Of a DNA stretch of 5,797 nucleotides, positions 1 to 5,797 are shown in pieces. The stretch's first letter is position 1, and each line of letters begins with the position of its first letter. The stretch lies in the IMG/VR virus record IMGVR_UViG_2778261506_000008, positions 1 to 5,797 of that record; one strand, given 5' to 3'. The notes under the pieces are model-generated. The model made no database searches, was not told the origin of the DNA, and saw nothing but the letters and a program-made list of their open reading frames with translations. The position numbers and the translations under genes are program-made. Source of the DNA: a virus (lineage: Duplodnaviria > Heunggongvirae > Uroviricota > Caudoviricetes).

Positions 1-438
1 AGGCCGCAGTCGGTAACCTCGCGCATACAGCCGGGCAGTGACGTCATCGTCTGCGCGGAAATGGACGAACAGTGGGGCTATGTCGGGGCTAAATCGCGCC
101 AGCGCTGGCTGTTTTACGCGTATGACAGGCTCCGGAAGACGGTTGTTGCGCACGTATTCGGTGAACGCACTATGGCGACGCTGGGGCGTCTTATGAGGCT
201 GCTGTCACCCTTTGACGTGGTGATATGGATGACGGATGGCTGGCCGCTGTATGAATCCCGCCTGAAGGGAAAGCTGCACGTAATCAGCAAGCGATATACG
301 CAGCGAATTGAGCGGCATAACCTGAATCTGAGGCAGCACCTGGCACGGCTGGGACGGAAGTCGCTGTCGTTCTCAAAATCGGTGGAGCTGCATGACAAAG
401 TCATCGGGCATTATCTGAACATAAAACACTATCAATAA
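1..438 (+). CDS. insB: IS1 transposase InsB (5'-partial, frame open to window start; stop TAA 436-438)
   Basis: Translation (…[42 protein letters not shown]…[15 protein letters not shown]) is near-identical to IS1 InsB from memory. Two residues differ from the canonical copy I recall (Arg for Ser in YDRLRK and in LMRLLSP), suggesting an iso-IS1 variant. Confidence 0.9.
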   Translation, partial: RPQSVTSRIQPGSDVIVCAEMDEQWGYVGAKSRQRWLFYAYDRLRKTVVAHVFGERTMATLGRLMRLLSPFDVVIWMTDGWPLYESRLKGKLHVISKRYTQRIERHNLNLRQHLARLGRKSLSFSKSVELHDKVIGHYLNIKHYQ

Positions 439-453
439 GTTGGAGTCATTACC
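431..453. repeat. IS1 right terminal inverted repeat
   Basis: Terminal ~23 bp matches the IS1 inverted-repeat end (complement reads GGTAATGACTCCAACTTATTGAT). Confidence 0.75.
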
Positions 454-480
454 CTGGAGCCGGACAGCAAAGACGGCCAG

Positions 481-1521
481 ATGGTGGCGCTGGTTGCGCT
501 GGCTATTCACGATGCCAATAACACGGCCATTACTGTTTACAACTGCTTCTCACCTGCTACGGGTTACGGCGCAGCGCTGACCAGTAACGTGAAAATTAAC
601 GGTATCGCGCGCAAAGGGGCGACGAACTCCACTGTGGATCTGCTGCTCACCGGCACTGCAGGGACAACTATCACGAACGGTACCGTTAAAGACACTAATA
701 ACGTGATCTGGCGTCTTCCTGCCTCAGTAGTGATTGGCGTTGACGGTACGGTTACGGCCACTGCCACTTGCTCAAACAGCGGCGCTGTCGCAGCGCTGGC
801 GGGGACAATTACTACCATCAACACACCGACTCGAGGCTGGACATCGGTAACCAACCCGGCGGCGGCCACCGTAGGCGCACCAGCAGAAACCGACGCAGAG
901 CTGCGCATCAGGCAGGGGCAGAGCGTCGCGCTACCCTCTATCACGCCGTTTGAGGGCGTTGACGGTGCGATTGCTAACGTTGCTGGCGTGACACGTCACA
1001 AGCTCTACGAAAATGATACTGGCGCGACCGATAGTAACGGGCTGCCGCCACACTCTATCTCAGCCATCGTGGACGGCGGGGACGTGACCGACATTGCCCA
1101 GACTATCCGGGGTAATAAAGGGCAGGGAACGGCGACCTACGGTACGACCTCTGTCACGGTACCGGACACTTACGGCAACCCACACGTGATCAGTTTTTCG
1201 CGTTCGACTGATGTTCCGATTTACGGGCATATCACACTGAAAGCCTTTACGGGCTACACGTCGCAAATTGGCGTGCAGATTCAGCAGGCCGTCGCGGATT
1301 ACATCAACGGGCTGACGATCGGTGATTCGGTTCTGCTGAGCCGCATATACTCCCCGGCGAACCTCGGCGTGGTGAGTGGTGGCAGTGCAAGCTATTACGA
1401 CATTCAGGAGCTGCTGATTGGCAAATCTGCCGGAACGGTAGCGGCGGCGAATATCAATATCGCCTACAACGAATCAGCGTCCTGTAAGCCGGAAAATATT
1501 GTTCTAACGGTGACGTCATGA
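481..1521 (+). CDS. Phage baseplate protein (baseplate J / Mu gp47 / e14 JayE-like), probably 5'-truncated by the IS1 insertion
   Basis: 346-codon ORF rich in Gly/Thr/Ala/Val, typical of a structural protein, sitting first in a coupled tail operon ahead of a tail fibre. The frame is open from the IS1 junction (454) to the first ATG at 481 and there is no Shine-Dalgarno before 481, so the true start probably lay upstream of the IS1. Stop overlaps the next start (ATGA at 1518-1521). Family assignment is from position and composition, not a confirmed domain match. Confidence 0.55.
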   Translation: MVALVALAIHDANNTAITVYNCFSPATGYGAALTSNVKINGIARKGATNSTVDLLLTGTAGTTITNGTVKDTNNVIWRLPASVVIGVDGTVTATATCSNSGAVAALAGTITTINTPTRGWTSVTNPAAATVGAPAETDAELRIRQGQSVALPSITPFEGVDGAIANVAGVTRHKLYENDTGATDSNGLPPHSISAIVDGGDVTDIAQTIRGNKGQGTATYGTTSVTVPDTYGNPHVISFSRSTDVPIYGHITLKAFTGYTSQIGVQIQQAVADYINGLTIGDSVLLSRIYSPANLGVVSGGSASYYDIQELLIGKSAGTVAAANINIAYNESASCKPENIVLTVTS

Positions 1522-2198
1522 GCAAGTACACAGATTTAATCACCAACTACCACGCCACCAGACCGAAATACTTTGATCACATCGACCTGAGCACCCGGCC
1601 GCTGATTGACATCACATCAGCCACCCGGGGGCTGGTTAGCGCATTTGACATTGATACGGCGGTAGGCGTCCAGCTTGATACCCTCGGGCTCTGGATCGGA
1701 CGTAGCCGTATAGTCAGCCAGCCCATTACGGGAGTTTATTTCAGCTGGGACACCGACGGGCTCGGATATGACCAGGGCGTCTGGCAAGGGCCGTATGATC
1801 CGGACTCAGGCTATACGTCGCTGAGCGATGACACCTACCGCATCATTCTGAAAGCAAAAATCGCTATCAACAACTGGGACGGCCGCAACGACTCTCTGCC
1901 GCCCATCCTTGACGCTGCGACTGCAGGCTCTGGCCTGAAGATGCAGATCGTCGACAACCAGGACATGACGATTTCGGTCTGGGTTTTCCCCGAGACTGAT
2001 ATTTCTGATGTGTCACTAGAACTGATCGCCGCTATCAAACAGGGCTATCTCACCGTAAAAGCTGCTGGCGTATGGGCCGGTGATGTGGAAACGCCTTCGG
2101 TAGAAACACCGTCCGAGGGCTCAAAATTCTTTGGTTTTGATATGGATAACGAATACATCGGCGGGTTCGATGTAGGAGCATGGGGGACTTTACTCTAA
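1518..2198 (+). CDS. Phage tail/baseplate protein (position of P2 gpI / Mu gp48 / e14 YmfQ)
   Basis: 226-codon ORF coupled to both neighbours (ATGA overlap at start, TAATG overlap at end) between the baseplate-J-like gene and the tail fibre gene. GGTGA-like SD 4 nt upstream. Function inferred from synteny only. Confidence 0.5.
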   Translation: MSKYTDLITNYHATRPKYFDHIDLSTRPLIDITSATRGLVSAFDIDTAVGVQLDTLGLWIGRSRIVSQPITGVYFSWDTDGLGYDQGVWQGPYDPDSGYTSLSDDTYRIILKAKIAINNWDGRNDSLPPILDAATAGSGLKMQIVDNQDMTISVWVFPETDISDVSLELIAAIKQGYLTVKAAGVWAGDVETPSVETPSEGSKFFGFDMDNEYIGGFDVGAWGTLL

Positions 2199-2959
2199 TG
2201 GCAACAAATAACTTTAAAGCGTTCGCGCTTGATCCTAATGCTAACGTCATGTCACAGGCTGACTGGGAATCGCTTCCGGCGTTGCTGTCCGGGTTTACCG
2301 CTGGTAAAGCATCCAGCGCTCAGGTCAACAAAGCCATTCGCCAGGCGACCACAATTGCCGCGCTGGTGGGGCAGTTTATTGCGAACTCCGGAGTAGATGC
2401 CCTGGACAATGCAGACGTTAACGGGCTGGTGACAAAATTCACGAATGCGCTTACCGCAAATCTCCGTTTGGGAGCTGGTGCTCCAGCTATAGGTATTCCT
2501 TTTTTCTGGCCGTCCTCGGCTATGCCAAATACGGTTATGACAGAATGGGCTGATATGGTATTTCTTAAGTTCAACGGAGCGACGTTCTCAGCGACCGCAT
2601 ACCCTAAATTAGCGCAGGTAATCCCTAGCTTAAAACTCACCGAAGCACGTGGCGAATTCCCACGGATTTGGGATGATGGTCGCGGAGTTGACTCAGGGCG
2701 AACCCTACTTAGCGCTCAAGGGGACGCTATTCGAAATATTACTGGCCAAATTATTGGCGCAAACTATAGAGCATGGCGTGGAGAGCCTACAGGGGTCTTT
2801 TCGTCAGCAGAATTGTCTCCAGGCAGTTCATTAAGTACAGATGGGACATCAAATACCAACGGCAGAGCAACCACTATGGATGTATCTCTTCAGGTCCCTA
2901 CTGCATCTGAAAATCGTCCACGTAACATAGCTTTTAACTTTTTAGTAAGGGCTAAATAA
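2198..2959 (+). CDS. Phage tail fibre protein with tail-collar domain
   Basis: N-terminus MATNNFKAFALDPNANVMSQADWESL is typical of Mu/e14-type side tail fibres. C-terminal half carries the collar signature (…TEARGEFPRIWDDGRGVDSGRTLLSAQGDAIRNITGQI…RPRNIAFNFLVRAK). Start chosen at the ATG overlapping the upstream stop (TAATG); an in-frame ATG at 2180 is an alternative. Confidence 0.8.
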   Translation: MATNNFKAFALDPNANVMSQADWESLPALLSGFTAGKASSAQVNKAIRQATTIAALVGQFIANSGVDALDNADVNGLVTKFTNALTANLRLGAGAPAIGIPFFWPSSAMPNTVMTEWADMVFLKFNGATFSATAYPKLAQVIPSLKLTEARGEFPRIWDDGRGVDSGRTLLSAQGDAIRNITGQIIGANYRAWRGEPTGVFSSAELSPGSSLSTDGTSNTNGRATTMDVSLQVPTASENRPRNIAFNFLVRAK

Positions 2960-3552
2960 TGAAACCAATTTTTGATAAAAATGGCCTGGCTACTGAATCA
3001 GGAAATATTCGCTGTTTTTATTACGATGAAAATACGAATGAATATATTGGTTGGTCAGATGAATATATTAATTTAGGTGTTAGCATGCCCAGTAACTCTA
3101 CCGATATTGAACCGGATCAGGAAGTAGACGGAATGATAGCTGTCTTTGTAAGCGGTGCCTGGAGGTATGAGGAGGATAATCGTGGAGAAATAGTCTACTC
3201 AACTGATACCGGCGAGCCTATGGAAATCGATTATATTGGCAAAGTTCGTGATGGTTTCACAAGAGTCGCCCCTTCAACCCCTTTCGACAGATGGGATGGT
3301 CAACGCTGGGTAATAGATGAAGATGCAAAGCATACTTCTGATGTTGTAAGTGCTGAAAAAGAAAAGGAGTTTAGAATTAATGAGGCTAATGAGTATATTA
3401 ATAGGATGCAATGGCCTGGTAAAGCATCCTTAGGGCGATTGAAAGAGACAGAAAAGGCTGAGTACAATAAATGGATTGATTATTTGGACGAACTTTTTTC
3501 CACGGATACATCAACGGCCCCAATGGTGAACTTCCCAAATAAACCAGAGTAG
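2959..3552 (+). CDS. Tail fibre assembly protein (Tfa chaperone, Caudovirales TAP family)
   Basis: 197-codon ORF starting at a TAATG overlap with the fibre gene, AAGGG SD 7 nt upstream. C-terminus …WIDYLDELFSTDTSTAPMVNFPNKPE resembles the conserved Tfa C-terminal motif (compare …VDTSTAPDIEWP…). Lower GC than the upstream tail genes. Confidence 0.8.
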   Translation: MKPIFDKNGLATESGNIRCFYYDENTNEYIGWSDEYINLGVSMPSNSTDIEPDQEVDGMIAVFVSGAWRYEEDNRGEIVYSTDTGEPMEIDYIGKVRDGFTRVAPSTPFDRWDGQRWVIDEDAKHTSDVVSAEKEKEFRINEANEYINRMQWPGKASLGRLKETEKAEYNKWIDYLDELFSTDTSTAPMVNFPNKPE

Positions 3553-3570
3553 GCATAAGCTATAGTATAA

Positions 3571-3593
3571 AGGGCATATTTGGCATATGCCCT
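3571..3593. terminator. Perfect 9-bp hairpin between the convergent tfa and acyltransferase genes (putative bidirectional terminator)
   Basis: AGGGCATAT-ttggc-ATATGCCCT, located 19 nt after the tfa stop and 14 nt after the acyltransferase stop, with A/T-rich flanks. Confidence 0.4.
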
Positions 3594-3606
3594 AATAAAA
3601 GGATTT

Positions 3607-4569
3607 TTATAAAAACAATGGTCGTTTGTAGACCTTCTTGAAAAGTGTAAGGGAGTACGATAAAGATAATGTGAGAACTATAATGGTAATAAATAACACT
3701 GATTTATTATTTATGCCGATTATGTCAAATATTTTATTTGTCGCTTTGATACAAAAAACATGTGCAAAGAAAATTGCTGTAGCAAAATCAGATAGTTTTT
3801 TTGAGTTTCCAGTCAAGGTTCCGCTTTTTGCAATTAAGAAGAGGATTGTAGATGTTGGTATGGAAAATATGAAAAGATCAATTGGTTTGTTTATTCCAAA
3901 AATCGCCTTGTTAATAATGCTTTCCGAAAGTAAAAGGCATATCGAGATTGCTAAAGTTGCATAAACTATTTTTTTGCTAAATTTCGAGAAAGTCTCAGTT
4001 ATGTTTAATTTATTAAGGAGAAAACCGAAGCATAAAAACGGGAAGCAATCAAATAAAAAATTCCTATATAGAGTTATTTTTATTTGCTCGTTCGTTATAA
4101 TTGTATTTACATATCCTTTGTTTACGATGTATTGAATAATTAATCCTATAAGGTATAGGGATAAGGAAGCAAGTAATAATTTTTCTGGGCGTAAATTTCT
4201 GCATTGCCTCAGAACAAGTGATGCCAGAATTAAACCCGGGATATACCATAATAGATGGTAACCAAAAAGAATGTTTAATAAAATGTCAATACCAGAATTG
4301 TTAGGTATCCAAAAATAAGAATACACGCACATCCAAGTAATATATAAAACGACTAATTTTTTTTGGTTTTTAAAGTATTCATTACTATTGATTGTTTTAT
4401 ATAGATAGTAACCGTTTATTATCAAAAACGTAGGTACTGCTATCCGGAATATTCCGTTGACCAGTAAATAACTCAAATCCATATTAAAAGATGCTAAGAA
4501 CTTCAAATGTAAAAGCATGACAAAAATTGACAGTAGAATTTTTAGTAGATCTAGGGTGATGTTTCTCAT
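3607..4569 (-). CDS. Integral membrane acyltransferase, acyltransferase-3 family (OafA/Oac-like), candidate O-antigen/LPS O-acetyltransferase
   Basis: 320-codon, highly hydrophobic multi-helix protein. Three acyltransferase-3 family motifs are present: N-terminal R-x4-D-x2-K…H (MRNITLDLLKILLSIFVMLLH), the RIAVPTFLIINGYYL block (family R…FF-x-SGF region), and HLLWYIPG (family HLWFL motif). Very AT-rich (by eye under ~30% GC), unlike its flanks. Weak SD. Confidence 0.7.
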   Translation of the reverse strand: MRNITLDLLKILLSIFVMLLHLKFLASFNMDLSYLLVNGIFRIAVPTFLIINGYYLYKTINSNEYFKNQKKLVVLYITWMCVYSYFWIPNNSGIDILLNILFGYHLLWYIPGLILASLVLRQCRNLRPEKLLLASLSLYLIGLIIQYIVNKGYVNTIITNEQIKITLYRNFLFDCFPFLCFGFLLNKLNITETFSKFSKKIVYATLAISICLLLSESIINKAIFGINKPIDLFIFSIPTSTILFLIAKSGTLTGNSKKLSDFATAIFFAHVFCIKATNKIFDIIGINNKSVLFITIIVLTLSLSYSLTLFKKVYKRPLFL

Positions 4570-4674
4570 GGTTTCATAAATGCCACTTTATTGATTTTTT
4601 CATATACTAACGTAATATTTTTATTATTTCACCAATAAATTGTCTGGCACACATGCATACTAAGTTCGGTTTGA

Positions 4675-4811
4675 AGGTTAAAGCTCGCGGAGGAGCTGTG
4701 GGCTGAAGCAGGAAGATTGATTGCGGCCGGGAAACCCTGCCAGTGCGTGGAGATAATTTATGATGGGGCGTTTTCAAGCTGTACCTGAAGCCCCCGGCGG
4801 GAAATGTGTGA
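4675..4811 (+). pseudogene. 3' remnant of a serine DNA invertase gene (Gin/Pin/Hin/Cin family), C-terminal HTH domain only, with a 1-nt frameshift
   Basis: Frame 1 (4675-4785) reads RLKLAEELWAEAGRLIAAGKPCQCVEIIYDGAFS; shifting by one nucleotide near 4777 continues as LYLKPPAGNV then stop (4809-4811). This parallels the invertase C-terminus as I recall it (Gin: …KAEWEQAGRLLAQGIPRKQVALIYDVALSTLYKKHPA). There is no start codon, and the upstream sequence is the AT-rich cassette on the opposite strand, so the catalytic N-terminal ~150 codons are missing. Confidence 0.55.
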
Positions 4812-4819
4812 AGTAAATG

Positions 4820-4850
4820 CAGGCGGCCTAGACGACAAACTGGCCGCCTG
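4820..4850. terminator. GC-rich hairpin between the invertase remnant (+) and the dinI-like gene (-); putative bidirectional terminator
   Basis: CAGGCGGCC-(13 nt loop)-GGCCGCCTG, a perfect 9-bp stem 7 nt downstream of the dinI-like stop and 9 nt downstream of the invertase-remnant stop, followed by TTTCACGTT on the + strand. Confidence 0.35.
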
Positions 4851-4857
4851 TTTCACG

Positions 4858-5124
4858 TTACATCGCAACTTGACGCACAGATGGGAGCTCAGACACCAAC
4901 CATATATCGGCCTCTTCAAACATATCCTCAAGCATGCGGTTCAGCTTCTCCCGATCGCTTTTGCTGGCATCGCTATTCAGGCCGTTCGCTTGCATCGGCT
5001 TCACCCTTACTTCGGCATCAGGGAAAATCTGGTGCACTCGTTTCGTCAGCTCTGCCAGGATAATCTCTCTGGCCCCTTCGAGCCCCTCTACATTGCGTTT
5101 GTCATAAACCAGTTCAACGAACAT
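4858..5124 (-). CDS. DinI-family protein (DNA-damage-inducible protein I-like, RecA-filament modulator), prophage-encoded
   Basis: 88-codon ORF; …ILAELTKRVHQIFPDAEVRVKPMQANGLNSDASKSDREKLNRMLEDMFEEADIWLVSE aligns with E. coli DinI from memory (…LAGELSRRIQYAFPDNEGHVSVRYAAANNLSVIGATKEDKQRISEILQETWESADDWFVSE). Strong SD GGAGG 5 nt before the ATG. LexA boxes lie upstream. Confidence 0.85.
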   Translation of the reverse strand: MFVELVYDKRNVEGLEGAREIILAELTKRVHQIFPDAEVRVKPMQANGLNSDASKSDREKLNRMLEDMFEEADIWLVSELPSVRQVAM

Positions 5125-5141
5125 AAAAGCCTCCGGAAAAC

Positions 5142-5189
5142 CACTGTGGTTGTATACAGTGTTTTTACTGTAAAAATAAACAGTGTCAA
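5142..5189 (-). promoter_or_regulatory. Tandem LexA operators (SOS boxes) overlapping the dinI-like promoter
   Basis: Two CTGT-N8-ACAG motifs: cores at 5144-5159 (CTGTggttgtatACAG) and 5168-5183 (CTGTaaaaataaACAG), the second matching the 20-mer consensus TACTGTATATATATACAGTA closely. On the gene strand a perfect -35 TTGACA (5184-5189) abuts box 2; candidate -10 hexamers are TAAAAA (5162-5167) or TATACA (5151-5156). Boxes sit about 20-60 nt upstream of the dinI-like ATG. Confidence 0.7.
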
Positions 5190-5246
5190 GGCGAGCGGGG
5201 CGCGAAAGGGAGAGGGGGTTTTGTTACCCTTAGTTACAAATAGAAA

Positions 5247-5277
5247 AACCCCAGACCGTGAGATCTGGGGTTCTTTT
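5247..5277 (-). terminator. Rho-independent terminator (bidirectional) between ssrA and the dinI-like promoter
   Basis: Stem AACCCCAGA / TCTGGGGTT (9 bp, 8-nt loop) flanked by U-runs on both strands (TTCTTTT on +, TTTTTCTATTT on -). Lies about 125-150 nt downstream of the mature tmRNA 3' end. Confidence 0.5.
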
Positions 5278-5395
5278 AAAGTGCACGTGCATTTCACGTG
5301 TATATTTTTGTCTTTTCTCGGTCTGCCTGCTGTCTGGTCAGTGTCCGTAAGTGGCTGTTTTTATTGCCGCTGTCCGGTTGCAGTCCTATCAAAAG

Positions 5396-5758
5396 TGGTG
5401 GAGCTGGCGGGAGTTGAACCCGCGTCCGAAATTCCTACATCCTCGGTACTACATGCTTAGTCAGTCTTTACATTCGCTTGCCAGCTGCGGACGGACACGC
5501 CACTAACAAACTAGCCTGATTAAGTTTTAACGCTTCAACCCCAGGCAGGACTTCCACGCGATCTCTTTTGGGTTTGACCTCTCTTGATCCCCGTCCTAAG
5601 AGCGGAGGCTAGGGAGAGAGGGCTCTAAGCAGGTTATTAAGCTGCTAAAGCGTAGTTTTCGTCGTTTGCGACTATTTTTTGCGGCTTTTTACGAGGCCAA
5701 CCGCCCCTCGGCATGCACCTTGGGTTTCGCAAATCCCGTCGAATCCAGAATCAGCCCC
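5396..5758 (-). ncRNA. ssrA: tmRNA (SsrA), complete 363-nt mature sequence
   Basis: Reverse complement begins GGGGCTGATTCTGGATTCGACGGG and ends …CCCGCCAGCTCCACCA, and contains the tag template GCAAACGACGAAAACTACGCTTTAGCAGCTTAA (ANDENYALAA). Essentially identical to the E. coli tmRNA I recall. Confidence 0.97.
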
Positions 5759-5772
5759 AATGTGTAAAGGTA

Positions 5773-5778
5773 AGTATA
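5773..5778 (-). promoter_or_regulatory. Putative -10 hexamer (TATACT) of the ssrA promoter
   Basis: TATACT lies 14 nt upstream of the mature tmRNA 5' end, consistent with a precursor start a few nt upstream of the mature end. The -35 would lie beyond the window. Confidence 0.4.
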
Positions 5779-5797
5779 CCAGATTTATGAGCGCCAT

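Larger units (their letters stand above)
1..453 (+). mobile_element. IS1 insertion sequence, 3' portion only (left part lies outside the window)
   Basis: Sequence matches IS1 as I know it: the insB reading frame runs from the window edge and the element ends with the characteristic terminus ATCAATAAGTTGGAGTCATTACC at 431-453. Flanking sequence after 453 is unrelated phage coding DNA. Confidence 0.93.

Noticed and set aside
114-404. 96-codon ORF antisense to insB
   Set aside because: Lies entirely inside IS1 opposite the known insB frame; not a recognised IS1 gene.
2617-2646. AAAAC-containing stretch near the GC shift in the tail fibre gene, considered as a residual gix/pix crossover site
   Set aside because: Only about 7/12 match to a half-site consensus and no convincing inverted partner; cannot be supported from sequence alone.
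564-2834. Several 60-126-codon ORFs overlapping the tail genes (564-944 -, 768-953 +, 1060-1266 -, 1835-2038 -, 2050-2250 -, 2320-2640 -, 2649-2834 +)
   Set aside because: All lie antisense or out of frame within longer, better-supported structural genes in GC-rich DNA where spurious open frames are common. Their translations are Arg/Pro/Ser-rich without family features.
3638-4249. ORFs 3638-3964 (+) and 4064-4249 (-) inside the AT-rich cassette
   Set aside because: They are embedded in or antisense to the acyltransferase gene, which has clear family motifs over its full length.
4419-4429. TTATCAAAAAC, an 11/12 match to a hix/gix invertase crossover half-site
   Set aside because: It lies inside the apparently intact acyltransferase coding sequence in very AT-rich DNA, and the partner half-site 2 bp away (GGTACTGCTATC) does not match. 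Most likely chance, although it could be tested given the nearby invertase relic.
4760-4816. 18-codon ORF (MMGRFQAVPEAPGGKCVK) with an apparent GGAG Shine-Dalgarno
   Set aside because: The GGAG and ATG are codons of the invertase C-terminal remnant (VEIIYDG) read in another frame; the simplest explanation is the frameshifted invertase tail, not a separate small gene.
4804-5460. 218-codon ORF on the + strand
   Set aside because: It is antisense to the well-supported dinI-like gene, runs through the LexA boxes and terminator and into the ssrA gene, and has no recognisable family features. It is an artefact of an open frame.
1-5797. Searched for CRISPR repeats, tRNA genes, toxin-antitoxin pairs, a reverse transcriptase/DGR template near the fibre gene, and known defence-system gene pairs
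   Set aside because: No regularly spaced direct repeats, no tRNA-like structures apart from the tmRNA, and no additional ORFs with such features. The unusual content is confined to the acyltransferase cassette, invertase relic and dinI-like module described above.
5781-5797. Possible 3' end of smpB upstream of ssrA
   Set aside because: Only about 17 nt fall inside the window and the frame could not be matched confidently to a SmpB C-terminus; too little sequence to call.

Overview
This window reads as the tail-fibre end of a degraded Mu/e14-like prophage integrated next to ssrA (tmRNA) in an Escherichia/Shigella-type chromosome. Left to right: the 3' 453 bp of an IS1 copy (insB) inserted into a phage baseplate-J-like gene; a translationally coupled tail module (baseplate J-like, tail protein, tail fibre with collar domain, tail fibre assembly protein); a very AT-rich cassette encoding an acyltransferase-3 family membrane protein on the opposite strand; a frameshifted 3' remnant of a Gin/Pin/Hin-type DNA invertase gene; a DinI-family gene preceded by two LexA boxes; an intrinsic terminator; and the complete 363-nt ssrA gene on the minus strand. 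No CRISPR array, tRNA, or recognisable defence or toxin-antitoxin operon was seen. The most notable points are the acyltransferase cassette, which appears to have replaced an ancestral invertible tail-fibre switch, and the SOS-controlled dinI-like gene retained at the prophage/ssrA junction. All calls rest on reading the sequence and recalled family motifs; no database search was run.
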